Shown: positions 26,777-34,325 of the stretch, piece by piece | How the letters are laid out: every line of letters begins with the position of its first letter | How positions within the stretch are numbered: position 1 is the stretch's first letter | Source: a virus | Lineage: Duplodnaviria > Caudoviricetes | Strand: one strand, 5' to 3' | Length of the DNA: 44,633 nucleotides | IMG/VR virus record: IMGVR_UViG_3300033145_001514 | Span: 1-44,633 of that record | The notes under the pieces: model-generated | What the model was told of the DNA's origin: nothing | What the model saw: only the letters and a program-made list of their open reading frames with translations | Database searches by the model: none | Position numbers and translations under genes: made by a program

Positions 26777-26911
26777 AAAAAAACCGCCCGCAAGGATGGA
26801 CAACACCAGAGTAGGTGAAATGGCCTTTTGGGCGGTTAATCCATTTTGATATTATGCTTACTCTGATATTATCCATACTCACAACCTACACTTGTTTTCC
26901 AACCCCGTCAA
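26777..26911 (-). promoter_or_regulatory. Promoter plus pseudoknot/terminator leader of the replication operon
   Basis: TTGACG-17-TAGGTT (26911-26883); 18-bp pairing 26876-26859/26813-26796 interleaved with AACCGCCC/GGGCGGTT-T tract. Confidence 0.6.
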
Positions 26912-26932
26912 GGAAAAAATAAAAAATATCTT

Positions 26933-27038
26933 AAAAAAGCTGGCAGCGGCAACGCTCTTATTCTCATCGAGCCGACCATCTTTGAGCTTGTGTGGCGGTC
27001 TTATAGGGCTTCATCGAACCACACGCCGCTGCCGAGCT
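26933..27038 (-). ncRNA. Structured RNA / terminator element E1
   Basis: Closing stem AGCT(C)GGCAGCGGC / GCCGCTGCCAGCT followed by a U-tract; shares AGATGG...ATGAGAAT motif with E2. Confidence 0.45.
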
Positions 27039-27193
27039 ATCTTGTCTTTTCCCATTTTCAATTCTCTGTCCAGTTTAGCTATATCAAAGCCACAACGAGG
27101 ACATTTGCCGTCTTTAAGTTTAGGCAAAGTTGACATTCCAAGAGGGTCATATTCTTTGAAACACTTTGGACATTTCTCCATATCGTAGCTCAT
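27011..27193 (-). CDS. Small zinc-ribbon protein
   Basis: CPKC...CPRCG; SD AAAGGGA. Confidence 0.6.
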   Translation of the reverse strand: MSYDMEKCPKCFKEYDPLGMSTLPKLKDGKCPRCGFDIAKLDRELKMGKDKIARQRRVVR

Positions 27194-27210
27194 TTTTATT
27201 CCCTTTCAAA

Positions 27211-27391
27211 AGCTGGCGGGATGACATTCTCATTCTCATTCCTTAGCCATCTCAAGGTCGAATTCTCGTAATGTGCCCGATTAGCAGCTTAAGGCACTTC
27301 TGAATTCGTCATCAAGGGTAGCTACTGCTCTTATTGCTACCACTGCAGAATTGGGACTGTAACCCAGAGCGCTTTAGCGTCGCCGCCAGCT
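27211..27391 (-). ncRNA. Multi-stem structured RNA E2
   Basis: ORF-free 181 nt closed by AGCTGGCGG/CCGCCAGCT; inner stems GGTAGC/GCTACC, GTGCC/GGCAC, TGGG/CCCA. Confidence 0.5.
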
Positions 27392-27424
27392 CGTATCACG
27401 GCCATAAGTTATTCGCATTCCTCT

Positions 27425-27922
27425 TCAGCCTTTGTTGGGAAAAATAGTGTTATTTTGCCAGGGACAATCGGGACACTCCTTTTTGTGCAGTTCGAGGAGT
27501 GCTGGCAGATTGTCCTCAATCGCCTTTTCATAAGCAGCCCACGCCTTTTCGTGAGCAGCCCAAGCAGCCCACGCCTTTTCGTGAGCAGCAGCAGCCCACG
27601 CCTTTTCGTGAGCAGCCCACGCCTCTTCGTAAGCAGTCCCCGCCTTGCCGTAAGCAGCCTTGTCGTAAGCATCCCTCGCCTTGCCGTAAGCATCCCTCGC
27701 CTTTTCGCAAGCAGTCCTCTCCTTGTCGTAAGTCATCGCCGTATCGACTACTATCTTTGGTAATTTCCCCATTACGGGCTTGAATAGGCGCAAGCGGGTT
27801 TCGATTTCGTTTTCAGGCTTTTTTTCTACGATAAATCGTTTTCTCTCGTCGTAGCTGTGGCAATACTCAAGTAATATATCGTGATGACAATGCCAAAACA
27901 TTCCTGTTTGTTTTTGTTTCAT
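27425..27922 (-). CDS. Protein with Ala-rich heptad repeats (A-Y/H-x-K-A-x-x)
   Basis: N-terminal FWHCHH, repeat block, C-terminal LH..ECPDCPW. Confidence 0.7.
   Translation of the reverse strand: MKQKQTGMFWHCHHDILLEYCHSYDERKRFIVEKKPENEIETRLRLFKPVMGKLPKIVVDTAMTYDKERTACEKARDAYGKARDAYDKAAYGKAGTAYEEAWAAHEKAWAAAAHEKAWAAWAAHEKAWAAYEKAIEDNLPALLELHKKECPDCPWQNNTIFPNKG
27521..27732. repeat. Degenerate ~21-bp coding tandem repeat
   Basis: GCAGCCCACGCCTTTTCGTGA x3 plus diverged copies, frame-preserving. Confidence 0.85.
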
Positions 27923-27939
27923 TTTTCCCCTTAAGTTGT

Positions 27940-28299
27940 TTATATTTCTGCAAGGTTTCTGAAAATTGATTGATACCCATTGAGTTGACTTTGCAAGGCG
28001 TTCAGGTTTGAAACTGTCGCTCGGTAGTCGCTTTCTGCTATTTCCAGTTTATATCGCTCATCAGCACATATCCCTTTGGCTATTTTCTCCATAATTGTTA
28101 CGGGTGGACTTTTGTAAGTTTGACCGGCCAACTCATATAATTCGGTGTCTCGCAAGGTCGCAAGTGTTATAGCAATCTTCCTATCGTAGTTTGATATTGC
28201 CTCTGCTCGTGCATTGCCTTTCTTCTCAATCTCTCGGCGGGTCTCGCCAATAAGTTTGATTAACGCCTCGATTGCATCAGCGATTTTTATCAATTCCAT
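27940..28299 (-). CDS. Hypothetical coiled-coil protein of the recombination module
   Basis: SD GAGGTG; long amphipathic helices. Confidence 0.6.
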   Translation of the reverse strand: MELIKIADAIEALIKLIGETRREIEKKGNARAEAISNYDRKIAITLATLRDTELYELAGQTYKSPPVTIMEKIAKGICADERYKLEIAESDYRATVSNLNALQSQLNGYQSIFRNLAEI

Positions 28300-28308
28300 C
28301 TTGCACCT

Positions 28309-28890
28309 CTAAAACGGCATTTCTCGGTCTTGTTGGTCGTCTAAATCTGCCGGCGGCGGCTTTGGTTCGCTTGAAGCAGCATCCATTATTAGCTCAATAT
28401 GCCTTTTCATAACTGGATAGCTTGCCATCAGCCAAACGTCAAAAGCGCTTGGGTCGTTAAACTTCTCGGCGAGCGCCTTATAGACCACCTGCGCCACGAT
28501 TAGCTTGTCTGTATTGCCTCTTGGCCGTCCAACCGCCCCGATAGGTGCTTTAGGGGGCTGTGCAGCGGCCTGCGGCCTTCCTTGCTGCGGCTGTTGGCCT
28601 TGCTGCTGGGGCTGTCGTGGCTGCTGCCAGAAGCCGGATAGATAGGTCTTGTTGCCGTATATCCTGCCCGTAATCCTGAAGGGTAAGGTCTGGCCGACAA
28701 GGTCAGGGGTCAGGGGCATACCACTACCCTGCCAGATTTTGATATTGTATTCGGCGTTCTCCGAAGCGTCCAAGAGGACTGCTTGCTGAAACGCCTTGCC
28801 GTTCTCATTGTATTTAGTTGGCTGATACGAGCGGAGAACCAACGGGGCGTCCACGGCTTGCTCTGGATTATTCACTGCGTTTTGCAACAT
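28309..28890 (-). CDS. SSB-like single-stranded DNA-binding protein
   Basis: Beta-rich N-terminus, Q/P linker, acidic tail ending DDQQDREMPF. Confidence 0.55.
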   Translation of the reverse strand: MLQNAVNNPEQAVDAPLVLRSYQPTKYNENGKAFQQAVLLDASENAEYNIKIWQGSGMPLTPDLVGQTLPFRITGRIYGNKTYLSGFWQQPRQPQQQGQQPQQGRPQAAAQPPKAPIGAVGRPRGNTDKLIVAQVVYKALAEKFNDPSAFDVWLMASYPVMKRHIELIMDAASSEPKPPPADLDDQQDREMPF

Positions 28891-29155
28891 CTTTATCTCC
28901 TTTCATTTTAAGGTATGGTTCGGATGGGAAAGTAAAAAAACTTCTTGGCACTATCGCATTTTTGCGCTGTTTCTCGTCCTGCATCATCTGCTTGTATTCG
29001 CTTTTAGGTATTGTGTCCAGTGATTTAGGTTTTTTCATTTTTTCTTCTTCCTGTTTTGTGGCTAAAAACCAGTTAATCCACTGCCGAAACTGCTCCCGCT
29101 TCTGCGGGGACAGCTTCATCAGGTTTTCTCGAATTTTCTTCGATGTTATTTTCAT
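28868..29155 (-). CDS. Hypothetical basic protein
   Basis: ORF overlapping both neighbours; start uncertain. Confidence 0.4.
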   Translation of the reverse strand: MKITSKKIRENLMKLSPQKREQFRQWINWFLATKQEEEKMKKPKSLDTIPKSEYKQMMQDEKQRKNAIVPRSFFTFPSEPYLKMKGDKDVAKRSE

Positions 29156-29951
29156 TTTGTTTCCACCAGAACCTCATTAAGTCCTCAAATGAGTCCAAAT
29201 CTCTTTCATAAAATGGACTAAAATCTTTGTAATTGACTTTTAATGTTTCCTTATTGAACTTGAGAATGCCGTGATAGGAAACTACGCTTTCTGTTTGCAC
29301 CTTATTAAATGCCTGCCTGTTGCTGGCCAATTGCAAGCCCCATTCGTTGTAATACCTGCCCTTGCCCGTCTTGAAATCACACAGGGCAACAACCCTGTCT
29401 TTTTTGTGTTTCCTGTCCCAGAACTTATCTATTTCCCAGACCACATCAAGCCGGCAACCCCAGCCAACAGCCCAGCACTTCTTTTCTATGGCAAGGGGCT
29501 TGACGTGGTGCTTGTTGCAAAAGAGTAAAAACTTATCAAACAACTTCTGCTGATTTTCCGGTGCGTTCTCGTATAAATCTGGAAGATTATTTACTTGTCC
29601 CGCTAAAAGTTGCTCAAGATGGGCTTGGCACAATTCGTGTATATCTGTTCCGGTATCCCTCGCCTCTTTGCTGATGTTTTTGTAGGCAAAGCGGGCTTTG
29701 TTTGGTATGTGTTTATTGCAGGTTATCCATTCAGGGTCAGCCTCATTAACAGCACTCCATTGTAGGATATAATCCACCGCACAGTTCGCCGCCCACTGCC
29801 GTAGGGCTGGTTTGTCCAACAACGACAAAATACTTGTCGCCGAAGGATATTTATCAACTTGCCTATCAGGATAGAGTGGGTGGGAAAAGCCATCAAGCCG
29901 AAAGTCCTTGGCGTAGTAATAACGGGGGTCGGTTCGGCCATACTTAATCAT
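29073..29951 (-). CDS. PD-(D/E)XK exonuclease (phage recombination type)
   Basis: YPSATSIL...KPAL..W, GTDIH, RLD, DFKTG, LQL; SD AAAGGAG before ATG 29951. Confidence 0.8.
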   Translation of the reverse strand: MIKYGRTDPRYYYAKDFRLDGFSHPLYPDRQVDKYPSATSILSLLDKPALRQWAANCAVDYILQWSAVNEADPEWITCNKHIPNKARFAYKNISKEARDTGTDIHELCQAHLEQLLAGQVNNLPDLYENAPENQQKLFDKFLLFCNKHHVKPLAIEKKCWAVGWGCRLDVVWEIDKFWDRKHKKDRVVALCDFKTGKGRYYNEWGLQLASNRQAFNKVQTESVVSYHGILKFNKETLKVNYKDFSPFYERDLDSFEDLMRFWWKQNENNIEENSRKPDEAVPAEAGAVSAVD

Positions 29952-29976
29952 TACTGTTTTCGCTCCTTTCAATCGG

Positions 29977-30049
29977 GGGCGGCGCCCCGCCAGACCGCCC
30001 AGCGGGGCTGTTTTAACTCAAACCCTTTGCTATTTCTGTGCCGCCGCCC
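29977..30049 (-). ncRNA. Structured element E3 upstream of the exonuclease RBS
   Basis: Closing stem GGGCGGC/GCCGCCC stacked on hairpin GCCCCGC/GCGGGGC. Confidence 0.4.
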
Positions 30050-30061
30050 TGTTTGTTTTTT

Positions 30062-30340
30062 TCACTGTTTCCCTCTTTGTTTCCCTATCAGCATTTGATT
30101 TAGGATTTTTTGTTTGAGTTTTTCTTTTTTAGGGTCAACTTCAACTAACTCATAAACACCTTTTTTATCGCCATCTAAAGTTTCGAGCTGTCTGATTGCT
30201 TGAAAAATTGTCATTGGTTGCGTAAACGAAGCAACATCACACTCACATTGCTCACTAAACGCATCCTTGCCATAAATACACTGGCTTTCCTCTTTAAAAC
30301 CAACGACAAATCTATGTTTTCTTTTTGTTTTCATTTTCAA
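30062..30340 (-). CDS. Hypothetical protein
   Basis: Coupled ORF. Confidence 0.55.
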   Translation of the reverse strand: MKMKTKRKHRFVVGFKEESQCIYGKDAFSEQCECDVASFTQPMTIFQAIRQLETLDGDKKGVYELVEVDPKKEKLKQKILNQMLIGKQRGKQ

Positions 30341-30648
30341 TCTCCGAATAGTTGACCCTGTTTTCTTGCGCTTACTTGCTCTCTTCTACGAGAGATTTCA
30401 GCGAAAATCCGTTTGGCATCTATCTTCCGATTTTCCAAGTAATCCCGCCATAAAGCAAAGTCATCCGTAAGCCAATAGCCATCGCTCAGCGTTGCTATAA
30501 TCCAGCACCCTTCGTCTCGGAGTTCTTTTATCAAAGCTCTTACCCTACGTCTTTGCCCCTCTCGGCTGCCCTGAAGACCTAACAGATAAGCCAAGTCAGC
30601 TGCTACTATCGGTCTGTCGGCGTTTTCTAAAATTGAGAGCAAACTCAT
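30337..30648 (-). CDS. Winged-helix DNA-binding protein
   Basis: PIVAADLA...RRVRALIKELRDEG..I.A...GYW; C-terminal QGQLF resembles a beta-clamp-binding motif. Confidence 0.7.
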   Translation of the reverse strand: MSLLSILENADRPIVAADLAYLLGLQGSREGQRRRVRALIKELRDEGCWIIATLSDGYWLTDDFALWRDYLENRKIDAKRIFAEISRRREQVSARKQGQLFGD

Positions 30649-30848
30649 TTTGGCCTCCTGTTCCACGCCTTGATAGCTTCTTCTTCTGTTTCTTCGGTGA
30701 ATCCGATACCACAACTAATACAACCAACATACACCTCGTCTGGAAGACGCCCGGAAGACAAGGGGTCAGACAAGGGGTCTATGTATATGCGGCTTATGCC
30801 AATATCTTCTCCACCACAAAAGGGACACGGTTTTAGCTTGTCGCTCAT
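30645..30848 (-). CDS. lar: Lar-family restriction alleviation protein
   Basis: LKPCPFCGG...CISCG...EEAIKAWNRR. Confidence 0.75.
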   Translation of the reverse strand: MSDKLKPCPFCGGEDIGISRIYIDPLSDPLSSGRLPDEVYVGCISCGIGFTEETEEEAIKAWNRRPK

Positions 30849-31429
30849 TTTGCACCGCCTTTGTATATCTTCACCTCTAATTGTCGCCTGCCCCAGTTCA
30901 GGGCGCGTTGATGTCCGGAAATACCATCTTTATCTCCAAAGAAAACGTCAAGTTTGTTCCCTTTGATAGCTCCGCCCCTATCCAACACAGGCACGGGAAG
31001 CCCCCCAGCGTAGCCAGGGATGGCCAAGAGCGTGCCGAAGGGTATAAACGGCGGAGCAGCCACAAATTTGTCATCCTTGGCGATTTTATGGCCGCTCGCC
31101 GTTATACCGTCTGAAAACCTACCGCAGCACTTTTCGCACGGGCAATATGCGGTAATTTCAAAATAGGGGCAAGCCGATAAAAACAAGTGGGATACCTTGC
31201 CTTCGTTTGAAGTGATGCCTGCCCCTTCAGAGCTTTCAAACAAGCCAGAGCCAACGCCACCGACTCTGGCTTCAGAGGAGAGTGATGTGTTATTCGAGTC
31301 ATTAACTTCGATTATGATAAGTTCTGACGGCTCTACGACCGTTGGAGCTTCAGACAAAAGAGAATAATAACAGCCAAGACCAAGTGCAAAGCCGAATAAG
31401 AAAATGATAATGCTATCAATGATTTTCAT
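30845..31429 (-). CDS. Membrane-anchored 3D-domain (MltA-like lytic transglycosylase) protein
   Basis: N-terminal TM; ITAY, GITASG, VAA, IPFGT, DRGGAIKGNKLDVF, ALNWGR. Confidence 0.85.
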   Translation of the reverse strand: MKIIDSIIIFLFGFALGLGCYYSLLSEAPTVVEPSELIIIEVNDSNNTSLSSEARVGGVGSGLFESSEGAGITSNEGKVSHLFLSACPYFEITAYCPCEKCCGRFSDGITASGHKIAKDDKFVAAPPFIPFGTLLAIPGYAGGLPVPVLDRGGAIKGNKLDVFFGDKDGISGHQRALNWGRRQLEVKIYKGGAK

Positions 31430-31509
31430 TTTTTGCCTCCAAACCCATCGAACATTTCAGGCATCCACAGAGCTAAAAACCCGAACCATAGGGCTGTGAG
31501 CAATTTCAT
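31426..31509 (-). CDS. 27-aa hydrophobic peptide
   Basis: MKLLTALWFGFLALWMPEMFDGFGGKK; SD GGAGG; ATGA overlaps at both ends. Confidence 0.5.
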   Translation of the reverse strand: MKLLTALWFGFLALWMPEMFDGFGGKK

Positions 31510-31655
31510 TTTGGCCTCCAGAATTTCCACCACTTGCGCTTATAGGCATCACAAAACGGCCAACAAGGCCAGCACGCTTTTAAGCTACACCATAGTTTTT
31601 TAGAATACTTACCTCGGTCATAGGAACCGTGTTCACAATCTTTGCACCGTTTCAT
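31506..31655 (-). CDS. 49-aa Cys-rich peptide with C-terminal KWWKFW
   Basis: MKRCKDCEH...KRKWWKFWRPK; coupled stop/start. Confidence 0.5.
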   Translation of the reverse strand: MKRCKDCEHGSYDRGKYSKKLWCSLKACWPCWPFCDAYKRKWWKFWRPK

Positions 31656-31908
31656 TTTCTTTTCCTCTCTTTTCCCCTAAAAGTTCGTGGCTTTCTGCGA
31701 CCGTGCCATTTTTAACAATTTTTACAGTTTCGGGGTCAACTTCGACAAAGCCAGTGATACAATCTTTACAAAGAGGTGATGCTTCTGCACCAATAAGTAT
31801 TTCTGCATCATCTAAAATAATGTAATGCTTACCTTCAACCTTGCAGTAATAGCCCTTGACTTCCTGCCTTGTATCAAGTGTTAATCCTCTGAATTTTATG
31901 ATTTGCAT
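31633..31908 (-). CDS. YopX-like protein
   Basis: IKFRG...VKGYY...HYI...EVDPETV. Confidence 0.65.
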   Translation of the reverse strand: MQIIKFRGLTLDTRQEVKGYYCKVEGKHYIILDDAEILIGAEASPLCKDCITGFVEVDPETVKIVKNGTVAESHELLGEKRGKENETVQRL

Positions 31909-32189
31909 ATTCCCATCCTTTCGACTGGAGTTCCCCAGTAGCTCAATGACAAACTGTTATCAAAAGTCGAGTCGTTCATAACATTTATGACCTCCAAAAT
32001 CCCCTCACGAAATCGCCCGCAATCGTCTTGAACACGAGTAATATCGTGGTATTTATTGAAGCAAATCCGGCTGTATGCATGCGTTGCCTCGTCAATCGCC
32101 TTAAAAATATCTACGGCATTGACTGTCAATTCGACAATGTGGCCCTCATCACCAACAATTATTAAGGATTTAATCACATACCAATTCAT
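31896..32189 (-). CDS. Hypothetical protein
   Basis: Coupled ORF. Confidence 0.55.
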   Translation of the reverse strand: MNWYVIKSLIIVGDEGHIVELTVNAVDIFKAIDEATHAYSRICFNKYHDITRVQDDCGRFREGILEVINVMNDSTFDNSLSLSYWGTPVERMGICKS

Positions 32190-32518
32190 TCTTTCCTTTC
32201 TGCCACTTCAATGACGGCTTTAGCTTGTTGCTGTATTCCCCTTAAAATGGCTGCTACTCCAATAGCCATATTATCATTAGATATTGTCGATAGTTTCTTT
32301 ATGGCGTAATCTATCCCTATCGTTTCTGCAAGATTGTGGCTTACTACCAGCAGTTGTGGTGCGGCGGCCATCAGGCGGGCGTTGGCCTCTATACTTTTTT
32401 GATGTTTTCGCAGTGGAAAACAAATAGCGGCAAAATACTCACCATCAACATCTATGATTGCCTCGTCATCCTCTTTTTTTCTAAATGTCCATTTGCCTTT
32501 TGTCCAATTATTTGACAT
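32186..32518 (-). CDS. Conserved small phage protein (xTKGKW...ANARLMAAAP type)
   Basis: WTKGKW...EANARLMAAAPQLL. Confidence 0.7.
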   Translation of the reverse strand: MSNNWTKGKWTFRKKEDDEAIIDVDGEYFAAICFPLRKHQKSIEANARLMAAAPQLLVVSHNLAETIGIDYAIKKLSTISNDNMAIGVAAILRGIQQQAKAVIEVAERKE

Positions 32519-32918
32519 AACAACCCGTCCTTTCGTGTCCTTTTTTAATAGCAACAGAATGCTTTAGTCCGTGAGATGTTCGGCCGTGTCGCTTCCTATC
32601 ATTTGCGTTATCTTTCGCCGTTCCCCACAATAAATTAGAAACATTATTATTGTGGCGATTGCCATCTAAGTGCCTTATTTGTTGGCCGGGCTTTTTAGGT
32701 GGCAAAAATGCTTTAGCAACTAATTTGTGCACAAATCGAGTAGAATGCTTGCCATTTTTTGTCATTGCAACTCTAAGATAATTAAAAAAATTAGGTGTTT
32801 GCGTTAAAGCACGTTTGCCATATCCTCTCCAATTATACACAACCGAAAAAATCTCTCCGCTGGCCGTAACTTCGTAAGCTGGAAATTCTTCAATAGCTTT
32901 GCCTTTTGTGTGTTCCAT
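32508..32918 (-). CDS. NUMOD4-HNH homing endonuclease
   Basis: YEVTASGEIFS, YLRVAM, VHKLVAKAF, IRHLDGNRHNNNVSNLLWGT..DN. Confidence 0.9.
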   Translation of the reverse strand: MEHTKGKAIEEFPAYEVTASGEIFSVVYNWRGYGKRALTQTPNFFNYLRVAMTKNGKHSTRFVHKLVAKAFLPPKKPGQQIRHLDGNRHNNNVSNLLWGTAKDNANDRKRHGRTSHGLKHSVAIKKGHERTGCYVK

Positions 32919-32926
32919 ACTTCACC

Positions 32927-33127
32927 TTACTTTCTACTACCGGTTTTCACTTCAACATTTTGGACTTCTGGCACAAAAACACCAAAATCACTTCCTTCGT
33001 CTGGTGGGACGAAAATATAAATCCAACCGCCAAATACACGAAGCACAGATGTCCAATCATTCAGGTGCAAAGTTTCGTGGAGTTTCATTGCGAATAGATT
33101 TTCTTTTGTTATGTGGTAATTATTCAT
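32927..33127 (-). CDS. Hypothetical protein
   Basis: SD AAAGGA; VLRVFGGWIY. Confidence 0.6.
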   Translation of the reverse strand: MNNYHITKENLFAMKLHETLHLNDWTSVLRVFGGWIYIFVPPDEGSDFGVFVPEVQNVEVKTGSRK

Positions 33128-33201
33128 TGTTTATTCCTTTCAAAATTGGGGGCAGGGGAAAACGATAAAAACCTGCCCCCGAGGAGGAGGATTAAAATGA
33201 C

Positions 33202-33411
33202 TGGTGCGGGGCGGGCAGGTTACTGCCTGCTTCAGCACAATCTCTATACCTATTGGCACTTCGTTTGTAATACCTAAAGATTAACTTCGGCCATTACATT
33301 GTCTATGGTGTTGGCTCCGACATACTTACCAGCCAAGGCAGTTTACATCAGCCACCAAGCCTGCAAGTGTTATCCAACTCGGTGCGTTTTCTCGCAACGC
33401 CGCCGCCTCGC
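33202..33411 (-). ncRNA. tRNA-like structured RNA E4 (210 nt, ACCA 3' end)
   Basis: GCGAGGCGG/CCGCCCCGC closing stem + ACCA; CG linker; GCGTT/AACGC arm; GCAGG/CCTGC 3' arm; long central insert. Confidence 0.5.
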
Positions 33412-33418
33412 AGAATAT

Positions 33419-33555
33419 AATAAGGCAGGCAGGATACCCCACCCTGCACCGTTGCTTCGTATGGCAGGCACTCTATTGGTAGTTCTAAATGCCTGTGCTC
33501 CATTAAGCCACACCACCGACCACCTTACCCAGCGCTACCACGCCGCCGCCTTATT
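33419..33555 (-). ncRNA. tRNA-like structured RNA E5 (137 nt)
   Basis: AATAAGGCGG/CTGCCTTATT closing stem; CG linker; GCG-TGGTAG-CGC arm; GCAGG/CCTGC 3' arm; inner CAGGCA/TGCCTG stem. Confidence 0.5.
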
Positions 33556-33604
33556 TCACTATCAACTTGTAAAAGAACTTGCCATCATCTTTTTGGTTGT
33601 TTCT

Positions 33605-33775
33605 TCATCTTTCATCGCAGTGGCACATCATATTAGTGTGAACAATAGCATAAGCAGCGATTACAATTGTTATTTGATTATTTTGTTTAGAGATAATTCC
33701 CACCACAAGGCAAATAAACAAAGCAATAAGTATCGCCAGCAAAATCCACCAATCGAGTGTATTATTTGTTTTCAT
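33605..33775 (-). CDS. Small membrane protein (56 aa)
   Basis: Below cutoff; SD AAGGGAG; MKTNNTLDWWILLAILIALFICLVVGIISK... Confidence 0.55.
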   Translation of the reverse strand: MKTNNTLDWWILLAILIALFICLVVGIISKQNNQITIVIAAYAIVHTNMMCHCDER

Positions 33776-33849
33776 TGCTCCCTTTCTAATCTTTTGTGTT
33801 GGGCAATTGAGCTTGCTTTTGTTATAAGTTGGTTCATTTTGTCTATTGA

Positions 33850-34209
33850 TTACTCTTCTTTTGGATTAAATTGCGTAACTTCTATCATAGCTGCACGAAG
33901 ACCTTCAGGTAAAGATTGATGACCTCGCAAGTTCATCCATTTGATGAATGTTTCCCACAATTGTTTGGATGCTGTAATTGTTGGTTGTTTTTGATTTTTT
34001 TTATCTATTAAATAACCATTTTGAGCTCTGCCGTGTTGTTTATGCCATAAGATATGACATTTGCGACAAAGCCAAGTAATATCGAGAGGTTTTGCATAAT
34101 CAGCGTGATGTCTATGCAGTTTCTTTTTAGCTCCACACCCTTGACAAAATTTAGGTCGAATTATTTTGCCATTTTTTTCTGCAAGATTAACTTGGTATGC
34201 TATAGACAT
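33850..34209 (-). CDS. HNH-like zinc domain fused to a ribbon-helix-helix-like domain
   Basis: CQGCG...HRHHADYAKPLDITWLCRKCH then TITASKQLWETF..W...G..SLPEGLRAAM. Confidence 0.7.
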   Translation of the reverse strand: MSIAYQVNLAEKNGKIIRPKFCQGCGAKKKLHRHHADYAKPLDITWLCRKCHILWHKQHGRAQNGYLIDKKNQKQPTITASKQLWETFIKWMNLRGHQSLPEGLRAAMIEVTQFNPKEE

Positions 34210-34325
34210 TAGCTTTGATTTTCCTTATCTTTCTCAGTTTTTTCACGAAATTCTTCGCAACAATCCGGAACAATTATTAAACCCTCATTTCTTGCTTTTC
34301 TTGCTATGGCTTTAGGCCTCTTCAT
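34209..34325 (-). CDS. 38-aa hypothetical peptide
   Basis: SD GAGG; MKRPKAIARKARNEG...; TAATG-coupled to the next gene. Confidence 0.4.
   Translation of the reverse strand: MKRPKAIARKARNEGLIIVPDCCEEFREKTEKDKENQS

Noticed and set aside
27521-27732. CRISPR-like or mini-array
   Set aside because: Units are contiguous, degenerate and frame-preserving inside a CDS, with no unique spacers
29073-29951. CRISPR Cas4
   Set aside because: No Fe-S cysteine cluster, no cas genes or array; context is a phage recombination module
33202-33555. Canonical tRNAs or tmRNA
   Set aside because: No TTCRA T-loop or 7-nt anticodon arm; too short for tmRNA and no tag ORF recognised; kept only as tRNA-like elements
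33299-33919. 206-aa plus-strand ORF
   Set aside because: Antisense to structured RNAs and SD-bearing minus-strand genes; no SD or protein-like features
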